64,000 nt of DNA. Source: Eledone cirrhosa. Lineage: Eukaryota. The stretch is from contig OZ024746.1 of NCBI GenBank assembly GCA_964016885.1, positions 59,706,001 to 59,770,000 on the forward strand, read 5' to 3'. A program made the translations under genes and the position numbers. Shown in pieces: positions 43,569 through 57,529 of the stretch. Numbering within the stretch: the first letter of the stretch is position 1; every line of letters starts with the position of its first letter. The notes under the pieces are model-generated. The model was not told the origin of the DNA. It made no database searches and worked only from the letters and a program-made list of their open reading frames with translations.

Positions 43569-43997
43569 GATATTAACAAATGGAAACTATATTTATAAAA
43601 CCATATCTATTTTATTATACATATTTCAAGGATACCATGTTAAATTATGGTATGCTTTAATCAGACAAACTACAATATATACCAGTTTTATAAATAAATA
43701 TTGACACACCCTTTCAAAATGCAATCGTTACTTATGTCTTCCAAAAGTAACGGTTGCATTTTGAATAGGTATGTCAATATTTATTTATAAAACTGGTATA
43801 TATTGTATTTTGTCTGATGAAAGCATACCATAATTTAACATGGTATCCTTGAAATATGTATAATAAAATAGATATGGTTTTATAAATATAGTTTCCATTT
43901 GTTAATATCGTATATTTACTCCAAATACTTGTTGAGTGCTTTATATCAGTTATAAAAATATTTGCTTGTTATATCCCAACAATTTAAATAGAACTTT

Positions 43998-44001
<4 letters not shown>
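43569..44001. mobile_element. Fold-back hammerhead element, family A
   Basis: Arms ~43569-43732 and ~43745-43909; 3' tail 43910-44001; left-arm core mutated to CTGATTA. Confidence 0.85.
43806..43870 (+). ncRNA. Minimal hammerhead ribozyme (family A)
   Basis: TATTTTGT CTGATGA [AAGCATACCAT AATTTAAC ATGGTATCCTT] GAAA TATGTA TA ATAAAATA. Confidence 0.82.
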
Positions 44002-44022
<21 letters not shown>

Positions 44023-44028
<6 letters not shown>

Positions 44029-44199
44029 CAAAGAAGGTGTGGTAAGATACCAGGTGGACCATAATGCACTAGAGTACTCGATATTTAGAGTAGTAGAGTG
44101 GGTAACAGGAAAAGAGTCAGGACCCCGACGGCAGAGTTCCGGTCGTTTCGACGGCTAGATCCGAACGCTGTTCAGATTTAGCTGTCAAAATGGCCGAGG

Positions 44200-44203
<4 letters not shown>
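44023..44203. mobile_element. (TA)n-embedded fold-back element, family G
   Basis: Homologous to 27104-27318; hairpin GGTCGTTTCGACGGCTAGATC..GATTTAGCTGTCAAAATGGCC. Confidence 0.65.
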
Positions 44204-44238
<35 letters not shown>

Positions 44239-44349
44239 TGTGACTAGGTATTTGTGCGTCATATTGAGTGAACTCTATATCGTATCAGAGTTAAATGTGC
44301 CGGTGTGTGTATGTGTGTGCATATGTGCATGTGCGCATGTGTGTGTGTG

Positions 44350-45345
44350 TTGAACCTCCGTCGTTACCGGAGTTTCAGTTGATTCAATCGACGACGGAGT
44401 TTCAGTTGATTCAATCGATCGAACAGCCGTACTAGTGAAATTAACGAGTAACTTAACATTCTATGCTCTCGAGTGAAATTCAGTATGACGCAGTGTATGC
44501 GACAGAACTAGTCATTTGAATTACTGGTACAGTTCATCATACATACCCTGTATTCTCAAAGATTCAGCATGGCAAGGCTGGCCTCTTGAATTAGAGATAC
44601 CGTATATATTGTGTAAGAGGACGGTGGATTGGCAGTATCGGTAGAGCGTGGGACACCATGCTTCGTCCAAATGACTGGCCTTGTGCTGATACTAGAAATC
44701 ATTATTTCTACATTCTAAGTTCGAATCCCGCCGAGGTTAACTTTGCCTTTCATCATTACGGTGTCGATAAAATAAAATACCAGTAATGCACTGATATAAT
44801 TGCTGGCCTTGTGCCAAAAGTAGAAACAGTTATTATTATTGAGAGTGGTGGATTTGAAGTATTGGTAGAGCGTCAGATACCATGCTTTGTGGCATAGAGT
44901 TATGGCGCCTTACGTTCTGAATTCAAATCTCGTCAAGATTAGCTTTGCCTTTCATCCTTACAGGGTCGATAAAATAAAGCACCAGTTTAGCACTGGCGGC
45001 GATTTAATCGACTTTCCCCTCTCCCAAAATTGTTGGCCTTGTGCCTAAAGTAGAAATCATTATAATGTTAGTGGTTGAGTATTCCACAGACATGTAATCC
45101 TTAACGTAATTCACAGAGACTCGGCGTGACAAGGTTGCCCTCTTGAATTAAAGACACGGTGTATCTTGTATTATATTGTAAAGTCGGAAATGCTTTCCGG
45201 CATTGTTACGTCCCTTTACGATCTGAGTTCTAATCCCACCGAGGTTAACTTTGCCTTTCATCCTTACGGGGTCGATAAAATAAAGTACCACTAATGTACT
45301 GGGTAATTGCTGGCCTTGTGCCAAAAATAGAAACAATTATATTGT
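44350..45345. mobile_element. Cluster of three plus-strand SINE family 1 copies (~44625-44840, 44845-45065, 45180-45345) among pieces of another repeat
   Basis: Three cores CTTTGCCTTTCATC..GTCGATAAAATAAA; flanks resemble the reverse complement of 49110-49290. Confidence 0.8.
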
Positions 45346-46301
45346 AAGACGTAATTCTCGGAGTGGCACATCGTGTATTACGAAGCTGATCTTGTGAATA
45401 ACAGATACAAACCATTTTGTATTATAGTAGAAGTTGTTTAGTTTTCCACATACTAGTGTGTCGTTATTGTAAATCTCAGGGAGATTCTGCGTGATAAAAT
45501 GTGTTTGTGATAGGGTTGGTCTTTTGAATTATAGGTACAATCCATTTGACGAACATCCAACAGTTTCCGTCTACACAATTTCACTCACAAATCTTGGGTC
45601 GACCAATAGAAATCGATGAAACAAGTACCAGACATCGGAACGTCGGCGGCCCGACTGAGGAAGGAGCCCCACGGGGTGGAGTGGCTGGGGTGGTTGTTGC
45701 AGCGGGTGTCGCTGGAATGCTCTTGCTGTCTTGTCCGCAGGATCCAGCCCCTTCACCGCCGCGCCCTAGGCCCAGAGCCCAATCGCTCTTCCCCTCCCAC
45801 CTTACCATTCTTCTGGGACACTAGACTTTTTGCCATTCTCTCCCTTTCCCGGGTTTTTCTCTTTTTTCTTTAGATTTTCCTATTTTACATTCCATTCTTT
45901 CTCCTCAATCTAAGTTTTCTTTTTTTTTTCTCTGTCTATTAAACTCTATTTACATATATTCCATAAATCAAATTTATAAATATAAGGTATTAGAATTGAT
46001 ATTATCGACAAAAAAACCCTTGACGGCGATGCTCCAGTATGGCCTCCGTCTAATGACTTGAAACCATTAAAAGAATAACCGAATAAAAGAATATCGTTTT
46101 CTTCAAAAGTTGGAATGTGGAAACTTTTCATCACTCATAACTCCAGAAAATATTTCAATCTCATTGATTTTGTATCGTCTTGTAATTACTTCCTCGTCGA
46201 AAACTACATTTAAAAACTTTGTCAGAGTATGTGTATATGTGTAGGCGTGAGTATTTGTATGTTTATGTACGCATGATTGTATGAACATGCGTGTGTATCT
46301 A

Positions 46302-46337
<36 letters not shown>

Positions 46338-46738
46338 CATACATGTGTGTGCGTGCGCGTATATGCGTGTCTTCCTGCATTTTCACAAATTTTTTTTTAG
46401 TATTTTAGGACGTATATTTTATTCTTTTTTTTTATTTTATTCTTTTATTTTTTTTAATTACTTTCGTACTATAATTATTTACAATTTTTTTTTTTTTTTT
46501 GTATTTTTCGCTTCTTCAATTTCGTTCATTTGTAATGGCGTCCAAGTAAACATATTTCTCAGGTTCCACACCTGTCATTGATGAGTGATTACTATAAACT
46601 TTATATTTTATTGATAGATTATTCAAAGGGTAAAATGCTGTGTCTGCTTAATTAACACGTGTTAATATATCTGACAGCCATATGTGTGTGTGTGTGTGCA
46701 CGCGCATACATACATACATACATACATACATACATACA

Positions 46739-46774
<36 letters not shown>

Positions 46775-46821
46775 TATATATACACATATATATATATATA
46801 TACACACATATATATATATAT

Positions 46822-46866
<45 letters not shown>

Positions 46867-46879
46867 TATATATATATAT

Positions 46880-46942
<63 letters not shown>

Positions 46943-46981
46943 TATATATATATATATACACATATATATATATATATATAT

Positions 46982-47014
<33 letters not shown>

Positions 47015-47279
47015 CGTATATACATACATATACATACATATATATATGTGTGTATGAGTGTTGTGTGCGTGTGTTTGTGTGTGTGTAGTGAACTTTAAAA
47101 ATTGAAGTTATTGTCGCCACAGTGCAGATAACTATAAATAATAGTTGAATAAGACGGACAAAGTATTCCTGAAGACGTTCAAAAGTGAGAAGAAACGCCT
47201 GCGGGGAAATGAGTGACGTATTAGGCGTCTTTATCCATTCTTGCATCTCCAAGGGTGGTTTATTCAACTTATTTGCGTA

Positions 47280-47430
47280 TTATTGGTATTCGTTGCGGCT
47301 TCTGCTCTCAGAGTTCAAATCCAGCCGAGGTCAGCTTTACCTTTCATCCTTACGAGGTCGATAAAATAAAGTAGCAGCAATGCACTGGGATAATTGCTGA
47401 CCTCGTGCCAAAAGTAGAAACAATTATTTT
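47280..47430 (+). mobile_element. SINE family 1 copy
   Basis: GAGTTCAAATCC..CTTTCATCCTTACGAGGTCGATAAAATAAAGTA..GTGCCAAAAGTAGAAAC. Confidence 0.8.
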
Positions 47431-47519
47431 AGTTATCAACTATTAGTATAGTTATCTGCATTGGGGCAACTACAATTTCCACACTACAGTTAATCACACA
47501 ATATATCTGGCACTTTCTG

Positions 47520-48010
47520 AAATGTGCCTAATAGCTAACATAGCAGATGTGGAAATACACATCTTGAAGTATGTTATATTTTGTGTTGACATGAGAGAAA
47601 GAACTCATGATGGAATTGCTATGTACATACCTGAAGATGTCACATTCCAACTACGTCTGTGATATATTAATAGTACACATAAAGCAACTCAAAATTGTAA
47701 TATGTACCACATATCGGCCACCAACACCCCAAATCATGAAGATAAATTTGAAAAAGATACAAGAGTTGATAACCAAACTAGAGCAAAGTGTAAACATACT
47801 TCTGAGAGACGTCAACTTTCCCAATTCCATATGGCTCGAAAGCCACTTTCTCTCAGGAATGACAACATGTGGACAAAGACAGGCAGAATCCAAAGACAGA
47901 CAGAATCTAGATCTCACAAACAGGCTATTTATGGAAATATAAACAAAGGGTAAGAATGTCCTAGATCACTGTTTCATAAATAACGCGGAGCTCATCCACA
48001 ATGTAATTGT
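47520..48010 (+). pseudogene. Decayed LINE APE endonuclease fragment (CR1/L2-like)
   Basis: IVICTTYRPP, ILLRDVNFP..W (degenerate GDFNFP), TKGKNVLD..F.NN. Confidence 0.6.
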
Positions 48011-48644
48011 GATACTTTATATCAACGATTTTCAATGATAATTATTCAGAAAAAGATCCTAAGACAAAACTAGTCCAATAGTCTCTTTCTATGAAAGACA
48101 ATGTCACGAAACGTAAGCATTTTAATGTATTAACTTTGCTCCAGAGAGAAAGGCCATCAGACACGAAAATATAATTTCCAGAGATAGAAAAATCCTTAGA
48201 AGACGAAGTACGAAGATCTCAAATTGATTGAATATACAATTAAAAGACAGCAAAAAAAATTTGAAGAGAAGTGCTACTCCCAATGCACTCATCACTATCA
48301 GACCTATTCCATAGAATAATAAGGACTATACTCCGTTGATAACTTGCTCCACCAATTCTGCCTGCGATGGGGTTTTTTCTGGACGCTTCTAGAATTAGCC
48401 TAGCACTCTATCCACCTGACAACGTGCCTTCGCTCAGCGGGAGGGATAGGATAAATATTAAAGAAACTAAACAGAAAATCTCAGAGTCAGGAGTATCCTT
48501 GGCAACAGATATATAAATTTAAAAACCCCGAACTTTGATTATAGGGTGGCAGAAATATTAGGGTGGCGGCACTAAATATTTACATTATTTACAAATCACG
48601 TCGTGGTTGACTTCCCCTTTGATATCGCCGGAAGTCAGTAGTCA

Positions 48645-48820
48645 GTAATAATTGTTTTTACTTTTGGTACAAGGCCAGCAATTATCCCAGTGCATTACTG
48701 GTGCTTTATTTTATCGACCCTGTAAGGATGAAAGGCAAAGTTAACCTCGGCGGGATTTGAACTCAGACCGTAAAGGGGAGTAACTCTATGCTGCAAAGCA
48801 TGGCGTCTAACCCTCCACGA
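48645..48820 (-). mobile_element. SINE family 1 copy
   Basis: Reverse complement of tail, core and head. Confidence 0.85.
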
Positions 48821-48859
48821 TAATTAGCAACAACTTAGTAACGTTGAAATGAAGAAGCG

Positions 48860-49290
48860 TGGGTTGATGGGTAGAAGTGTTTCGCTTACGATCTTGTGAT
48901 CGGGAATTTGATTCAATGTTGCGGCTTGTCCTTGAGCAAGACACTTTATTTCACGTTGCTCCAATCTACTCAGCTGCAAAAAGAAAAATGAGTTGTGTAG
49001 GTAATTCATTAGAGGCAAGCTTGTTAGACAATGTGCTACAACGAATCTCCTTGAGAACTGTATACATATTTTTTTAATGTTCAGCCACTTACCATAATAC
49101 AAAATAAATGGTACTTGTAATTCAAAGGGGCAGCCGTAACAAACACATTGTCACACTGAATCTTCCTGCGGACTATATTAAGTATGCATGAGTCTGTTGA
49201 ATGCTCGGGCACTTGCAAGTTAATTTCACGAAGTGGCTTTACCGTCGATCGAACATCTGGAAACTTTATCGACTTAAATGACAGAGGTCT
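48860..49290 (+). mobile_element. SINE-like repeat, family 2, long form
   Basis: tRNA-like head, CCTTGAGCAAGACACTTTATTTCACGTTGCTCCA, then AATTCAAAGGG..CACTTGCAAGTTAATTTCACG, also seen at ~35310-35420 and inverted at ~23500-23750. Confidence 0.6.
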
Positions 49291-49319
49291 ATTTCCTATC
49301 ATTCTAATTTATTATTGTT

Positions 49320-49363
49320 AGTTCAATTTAGTTATATAACTTCTCTCTCTCTCTCTCTATCTA

Positions 49364-49444
<81 letters not shown>

Positions 49445-50054
49445 CTCTCTCTCTTTCTCTCTCTCTATCTCTATCTCTGTCTGAACTGAACTGACGGATT
49501 CACTTTTGATGTCAGTTAAATTAGTGTTTACTGTATTAGTTGGTTGTAGATTTCAATGATTTCTTCCTCCATATGAGAGTGGGAGGAGAATTAAAAGAGA
49601 CAGGCAGAGTGTAACAGAGAGGGGGTGGGAGAAAGAGAGGGTGAGAAAGAGAGACAAAGGGAGAGAGAGAGGGAGGGGGAGACAGAGTTGGGAGAGGAGC
49701 GAGAGAGAGAGACAGACAGACAGACAAACGGGGAGAGAGAGAGAGGGATGGAATGATGAGGGAAAGAGACAGAGAGATAGAGAGAGAAAGAGGGAAAGAA
49801 AGAAAGAAAGACAGAGAGAGACAGAGAATGAGAGAGAGAGATGGAGGAAGGAGTGAGAGAGAGAGACAGACAGACAGAGAGGGAGAGAGAGAGGGAGAGA
49901 TGGAATGGTGAGGGAAGGAGACAGAGAGATAGAGAGAAAGTGAGAAAGAAAGAAAGACAGAGAGAGGCAGAGTGAGAGAGAGACATAGCATGAGAGAGAT
50001 GAGGGAAGGAGTGAGAGAGAGAAGGATAAATAAGCAAGTTTTACTAAAGTCTTA

Positions 50055-50140
<86 letters not shown>

Positions 50141-50646
50141 AAGAGAGAGAGGGAGAGAGAGAGAAAGAGAGACAGAGAATGAGAGGGTGAAGGAGTGAGA
50201 GAGATAGAGAGAGAGAGAAAGAAAGACAGAGAGAGACAGAGAGAGACAGAGAGACACAGAGAAGGAGAGAGAGAGAGATGGAGGAAGGAGTGAGAGAGAG
50301 AGAAGGAAATAAGCAAGTTTTACCCAAGTCTTTCTTTATTCCAGTCTTATTTCTTAGCCATAACCAATCTAAAGAGAAACAACAAATAAGAAACAAGAAA
50401 GATATTTCTATACACTTAACTCCAGGATACAGCTTCAAATAAAACTAGTTGGGTTGATTTTCTTTTACTTCTTGGTTGTTTTTACTTCTTAGTTCTTACT
50501 TCATATTGCTCTTATTGCTCTTATTGAAGCAGACTTGTCTGGGTGAGGAGGTTTGGTTTTTGTTGTTTGTTTGTTTTTGTTATTTGTTTGTTTGTATTTT
50601 GGGGTTTGTTTGTTGTTTTTTTTTCAAAATCAAAGACTAGATAGTT

Positions 50647-50712
<66 letters not shown>

Positions 50713-50763
50713 GGAGGAAGGAAGGGAGGAAGAAAGGACAAGAAGGAAGGAAGGAAGGAAGGA

Positions 50764-50810
<47 letters not shown>

Positions 50811-50867
50811 GGAAAGGAAATAAAGGAAGGAAGGAAGGAAGGAAGGAAGGAAGGAAGGAAGGAAGGA

Positions 50868-50911
<44 letters not shown>

Positions 50912-50990
50912 AAAGATGGAAGGAAAGAAGAAGAAAGAATGAAAAGATGGAAGGAAAGAAGAAGAAGAAGAAGAAGAAGAAGAAGAAGAC
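49320..50990. repeat. (CT)n, GA-rich low-complexity duplications, (GAAA)n/(GGAA)n
   Basis: Read directly; GGAAGGAGTGAGAGAGAGAAGGA.AT/ATAAGCAAGTTTTAC occurs twice. Confidence 0.9.
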
Positions 50991-51694
50991 ATCTTAAATG
51001 GGGGCGGGGAGGATAAAAATATTAAAAAATCAATTTCTTCAAGATGAAGGTCCTAGATCCAAACATCATACAATAATTATTTAATACTTTTAACTGATAT
51101 TTAGAAGAAGACGTGAAGCTTACTCTGGCTTTCTTTGAACTGGAATTAGTGTGGAGCGGGAGGAAAGCAAGGTTAGCAAGTGCTGTACTAGTAGTGCTCT
51201 TAAGTTCCGACAGTGAAAAGCGAGAATGTGCATCACTCCAAATCACAAATCTCTTGAAAGTCTATCAGATCAATCTATCAGCAGCCCATCTAAGGAAGGA
51301 ACCCCCGCAAGGTGGTGTGGCTGTTGCAACAAGCGTCGCTGTCCATTGTCCGCGGAAATGCCTTAGCAGTTTTTTTTTTTTTTTTCTGCGGGGCGCAGCC
51401 TAATGATCGCCATGCCCCAGGTATAGTTCCTATCACCCTTTCCTCTTTCCCCTCCCTCTCTTCCGTGGTCTCATAGTCCTTTATTTTCCCTCCTTTTCCT
51501 CTCATTTATGGCATTTATAGTCCCTTCTACTTTTCTATACAGTCAGATCTGTCCTTCTTTACCTCTTCCCCACCAGAAGGGGTAAACTGCTTGGTTTTCT
51601 TCTTATCCTCTTTTTTTATTTTCCTTTCATATTTCTAGCAATATTTATAATGTTATGTATACAACTAGGAATTGATTTATCAAAAATAAAATGT

Positions 51695-52420
51695 CTGTCA
51701 AATTGGCAGAAACGTTGGAGCGTCGAATTAAATGCATCAGTATTTGGTTTCTAATCCTCTGCACCATCCATCCGAGGTCAACTTTTCTTTTCATCTATTC
51801 GGTGTCGATAAAAAAAAGTACCAGTCAAGTATTGGGGTCGATTCTTCCTCTATATCTCTTTCTCCTTTCCATTCTCTCACTCTCTCTTTCCTTCTCTGGA
51901 AGAAATCTGCTGTATTCAGACCTATGAGGATTGGGCTTCAACAGGTTTTGAAAAATACCCCAAGAAACGTAATATGGCTCCTTTACGTCTCATTTGGGAG
52001 TTACGGGACCATGCATGAATCCCTTCCCCCAACAGGCCGGCCTCTTGTAGGAAGTAATTGGTCTAAAAATAAAGAATCATGAACATTTTTTTCAAATACC
52101 ACTTGAAATATATTTATGACGTTTCGTACTCTGCCGTAAGGTGGCAAATTGGCAGAGTCGTTAGAACGTCGGATAGAATGCTTTATAGTATTCGTCCCGG
52201 CTCTCTGGTCTCTGAGTTCAAATCCCACCGATGTCAACTTTGCCTTTCATCCTTTCGAGGTCAATAAAAAAAAGTACCAGTCTAATACAGGAGTCGATTC
52301 TTCTATATCTCTTTCTCATTTCCTCTCTCTCACTTTCTATCTTTCTCTGGAAGAAATCTGCGGTATTCAGCCTGAAGAGAGATGGACTCCGCCAGGCTGA
52401 AAATGCCCAAGAAACGCCAT
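51695..52420 (+). mobile_element. Two diverged SINE family 1 copies sharing an extended 3' flank
   Basis: Core + GTCGATTC..TCTATATCTCTTTCTC..CTCTGGAAGAAATCTGC.GTATTCAG..CCCAAGAAACG at ~51780-51970 and ~52235-52416. Confidence 0.7.
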
Positions 52421-52865
52421 ATGTCAATACGACGCCGTTACGACTCTTCCAAGAGTTACAGGACCATACATACATACTTTGTTCTAAGTGGAAATAACGA
52501 ATAGAAGATCTATGACTTTCCGTGTCGAGGGTTTTTGTTTTTTTTTACCATATTTCTCCTTGAAGTGTTCATGTATAAAAAGTTTTACCTAATCTATTTT
52601 ACCTTACAAACATCCTTATAATCATTCTCTTTTCAGTCTTGTCACGGTTTCCATCATGCGGGTTGGTATGATGTACAGTGCAAGTATTGTATTGTGTGTT
52701 TCTGACAAGCGATGTCTGTGTACGAAATAACCAATGTAATTCATATACAGTATTTATTGAAAACTGGAAACATCCAGCAGCAAAGATCGGGAACACTAAA
52801 CTCGGAGTAGTAGTTAGCCAAGTTTTCAGTTTTCAATATATATCTGTTTGTGTGCGCGCGTACGC

Positions 52866-52971
<106 letters not shown>

Positions 52972-53061
52972 ATCCCGGGTTCAATCGGGGGTAACCACAA
53001 TAAGTAAGGTACCCAATATATTAAATATAAATATTTAATATAGAAATGGCTTCTACAGGAC

Positions 53062-53092
53062 TAGAACTGTTTCATTCGGGGGAAATCATCAG
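53062..53092 (-). ncRNA. Candidate hammerhead core
   Basis: Minus: CTGATGA T TTC CCCC GAA T GAAA CAGTTC TA; spacing is right, stem I is not evident. Confidence 0.45.
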
Positions 53093-53163
53093 GAATGCTC
53101 TCTCAGCTGTCTCAGTGGCCTACGGGTAGAGATCCTGGTCTTGGGTTCAATCCTGGTCAAGAG

Positions 53164-53268
<105 letters not shown>

Positions 53269-53313
53269 ATATAATATATATATATATATATAATATATAT
53301 ATATATATATGTA

Positions 53314-53531
53314 TATACAATATTAAATAAATGAAAACTATATTTATAAAACCATATTTATTTCATTATATATATTTCAGGGATAACATATTAACAATAT
53401 GCTATGCCTTCCTCAGACAAAATACAATATAAACAGTTTTATAGATAAATAGATAAATATTTGTCGAGTGCTTTTATATCAGTTATAAATATTTACTAGT
53501 TGTAACACAACAATTTAAATATAACTTTCCA
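53314..53531. mobile_element. Hammerhead element family A: inverted hammerhead arm joined to 3' tail
   Basis: Minus-strand hammerhead at 53359-53424 (CTGAGGA core) fused to a plus-strand tail ending ATATAACTTTCC-(AT)n. Confidence 0.8.
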
Positions 53532-53533
53532 TA

Positions 53534-53650
<117 letters not shown>

Positions 53651-53778
53651 AAAGTTATATTTAAATTGTTGGGTTAACAACGAGTAAATATTTATAACTG
53701 ATATAAAAGCACTCAACAAGTATTTGGAGTATATTTATGATATTAAATAAATGGAAACTATATTTATAAAACCATATT

Positions 53779-53844
53779 TATTTCGTTATATATATTTCAG
53801 GGATATCATATTAACAATATGTTATGCCTTCTTCAGACAAAATA
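53779..53844 (-). ncRNA. Minimal hammerhead ribozyme (family A, left arm)
   Basis: Reverse complement of 55202-55267. Confidence 0.8.
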
Positions 53845-54150
53845 CAATATAAACAGTCTTATAAATAAATAGATACGACATACCTTTCAATCACCTTGCA
53901 TTTGGGAGGTTGATTTGGCAGTAAAAAATATTGTGGACAGTTGTAAAAAGAAAGAGAGAAAGAAAGAAAGAAAGAGAAACGAAGAAAAAGAAGAAATGCA
54001 TGTGACTAAATAGAGAGATATAGAAAGATAGATAAAGAGAAGAACTTCATGTAAAGAAACAGAGAGAAATATATATAGAGAGAGGAAAAAAAGAAAGAGA
54101 TAGATAGAGATAGATAGAGAAACTAGGAAGTTGAGTATCGGTTGATACAT

Positions 54151-54181
<31 letters not shown>

Positions 54182-54867
54182 GCTCTAGTATTAATGTAAA
54201 GAGAGATATATGTAGTTAAGAGAGAAAATAGCCGTTATTTTTATTTTTATTTTTATTTTTATTTTTATTTTTATTTTTATTTTTATTTTTATTTTTATTT
54301 TTATTTTTATTTTTATTTTTATTTTTATTTTTATTTTTATTTTTATTTTTATTTTTATTTTTATTTTTATTTTTATTTTTATTTTTATTTTTATTTTTAT
54401 TAATATATTGAAATCTGTTCTCTATTTCTGCTTGATCGACAATCATGTAGAGTAAAGACAAGAATAGTATTGTTAAAATTAATATAGACTCTATATATAT
54501 ATGTATGTGTATATATACACACATATATGTATACTTGAATTTTTATAGCACAATGAGAATGTTTTCGTGTGAATTGGGAGTTTGTTTATAATTATGATAT
54601 AAACATATGAATTTTTTAAAAACTAGACATAAGATCATTACTTTCACACATTATAGATACATGTCTCATTCATGAATACTGATATTTACATTATAATGCC
54701 TGTTTTATACGAACTAATATTTTCTACGGGATAAAACATAGCGGTTTTAAATTCTGCCTCGTTTATGTCTGGCTATGTTTCATTTTCTCTTTTTCATTTT
54801 CTCTCTCTATATAACGGCTATTTTCTCTCTTAACTACATACATCTCTCTTTACATTAATACTAGAGC

Positions 54868-54906
<39 letters not shown>

Positions 54907-55201
54907 ATGTATCAACCGATACTCAACTTCCTAGTTTCTCTATCTATCTCTTTCTTTTTTCCTCTCTCTATATATATTTCTCTCTGTTTCTTTACATGAA
55001 GTTCTTCTCTTTATCTATCTTTCTATATCTCTCTATTTAGTCACATGCATTTCTTCTTTTTCTTCGTTTCTCTTTCTTTCTTTCTTTCTCTCTTTCTTTT
55101 TACAACTGTCCACAATATTTTTTACTGCCAAATCAACCTCCCAAATGCAAGGTGATTGAAAGGTATGTCGTATCTATTTATTTATAAGACTGTTTATATT
55201 G

Positions 55202-55267
55202 TATTTTGTCTGAAGAAGGCATAACATATTGTTAATATGATATCCCTGAAATATATATAACGAAATA
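55202..55267 (+). ncRNA. Minimal hammerhead ribozyme (family A, right arm)
   Basis: TATTTTGT CTGAAGA [stem II] GAAA TATATA TA ACGAAATA; stem I has G-C where the 25434 copy has G-U. Confidence 0.8.
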
Positions 55268-55307
55268 AATATGGTTTTATAAATATAGTTTCCATTTATT
55301 TAATATC

Positions 55308-55576
<269 letters not shown>

Positions 55577-55625
55577 CATATATATATATTATATATATAT
55601 ATATATATATTATATTATATTATAT

Positions 55626-55692
<67 letters not shown>

Positions 55693-55695
<3 letters not shown>

Positions 55696-55951
55696 TAGTT
55701 CCACAACAGTTAGTTCATCATACGGAGAACAAATGTTTCACCTTATTCGGATCCTCAGCTCGGTCTCTATATCCTCGTGTCTTACACAACTTTGTATCTC
55801 ACCAATGAGACCAAGCTGAGGATCTGAATAAGGTGACACATTTGTTCTCGGTATGGTGAACTAACTGTTGTGGATCTACTTCTGCCAGACTCGTCCCATG
55901 GACTGAGTGCTCTACTACCTACGGATATAACCTACCAGTGTTCTACTATTA
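55693..55951. mobile_element. Fold-back hammerhead element, family D
   Basis: Arms ~55695-55768 and ~55807-55880; minus motif 55724-55763 (CTGAGGA..GAAA CATTTG TT) has an intact core; plus motif has GACA in place of GAAA. Confidence 0.78.
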
Positions 55952-56863
55952 TCTATATATATAAAACTGTGGTTGTCTGTCTGTCTATCGATTTTTGGCA
56001 CACATCTCCTCTTAGAATCTCTCACGGAATTGCACCGAAATTGCTATACTTGTACATTGAGCCCTAGCGAAGACATCGGAAAAAAAAATTTCAAATTGAC
56101 CCACCCTATGTGACGAAATCGAATATAATGTATCGATTTTTGAGCGTAAGTGATCAGTTATTTCCCTTTGCTCTGTTTACATTGAGCGTCTTACGTAAAA
56201 AATTACGCTGGCTTTAACAGTTGTCGAGCCAGCAAAATATTGACCTGCAAAATTCATCAGTTCGAACACTAAGCTTCCGTTTTGCTTCATTTCCATTTAA
56301 AAGCATTTTAAAACAATATTTTTACTTGAAAACAAGTCTATTTAAAGACTACGTAAAACAAGCAAATATTTTGTCGTTAGGCGTGCAGACAGACAGTCGT
56401 GCAGACAGACAGTCGTGCAGAGAGGTGATATACGCGTGCAGACAGATAGTCGTGCAGAGAGGTGATATAGGCGTGCAGACAGACAGTCGTGCAGAGAGGT
56501 GATATAGGCGTGCAGACAGACAGTCGTGCAGAGAGGTGATATAGGCGTGCAGACAGACATAACTGATAATTTGGTTACGCTAATGTTTTTCTCTGCGTTG
56601 CAGTGTTTACATTTTCGATCTTTGTTAATAAATAACCAGTGCAGTTTCTATCCCCAGCATCCTCTTTTGTTATAACATTCGGGTTATCGTTATGTTTTCT
56701 TAACTTCATAAGGCATATTGTTGGTTGAGGGAATATTAATCAAAAACACCACATGCAAGTCTGCACAGTAGACACTACAGTTTTTAAGCCAAGAAAGAAA
56801 CTTAACATTGTAACTTTAACACAGCTACTGAGCGACCCCGAGCAACGCCGGGCTTTACTGCTA

Positions 56864-56864
<1 letters not shown>
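55952..56864 (+). mobile_element. Complete non-autonomous Helitron (~913 bp)
   Basis: A|TCTATATATATAAAAC..GTCTGTCTGTCT 5' end; 3' hairpin CCCGAGCAACGCCGGG + CTAG|T; no TSD; internal ~37-bp tandem repeat at 56379-56558. Confidence 0.8.
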
Positions 56865-56926
<62 letters not shown>

Positions 56927-57367
56927 CAGCGATATCGAATTTCGGAGGTGCTCGAAAACAAAGCGAAACGCAATATCCGAGTTATGCGGCAAGCGCTCCA
57001 CGGGCTAAAAAAAGACCAGAGCAATAAATATAGGTTATAGAGGCCAAACAAACTGAGAATGGCGATCAAGAAGCCATCAGCCACCTAACCAAAAAAAAAC
57101 GAAGCAAGCGAAACAGGTCAAACAAAAGAATATTTACCTGGACCCATGGAATTGATGGTATTATCCAGTAAAGGGTTTCTGCAACACTTAAATCAATCAT
57201 ACTGCCTGCTTCCATATTAAGCTTTTGGTATAATGATCGAACAAGGCTGCTACTTCGTCATCAAGTATTTTGTTCTAAGCCAGCATGCGCGATTACGGTA
57301 GTAGTAATATGAAGTAGTGAAACCTGCAAGGGAGGTAACCCCAGTTCTTGGCAGATGAATTCAGCAT

Positions 57368-57410
<43 letters not shown>

Positions 57411-57529
57411 GTGGTAACACAACAGTTAGTTCACCTTAGCGGATCTTCAGCTCGTACCGGTCATGGTTATACGGCTGTTCCGTATATATATATATATATA
57501 TATACATTTATATATATATATATATATAA

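Noticed and set aside
52366-52410. CTGAAGA..GAAA motif
   Set aside because: The hairpin TTCAGCCTG/CAGGCTGAA sequesters the core; no stems I or III and no UH.
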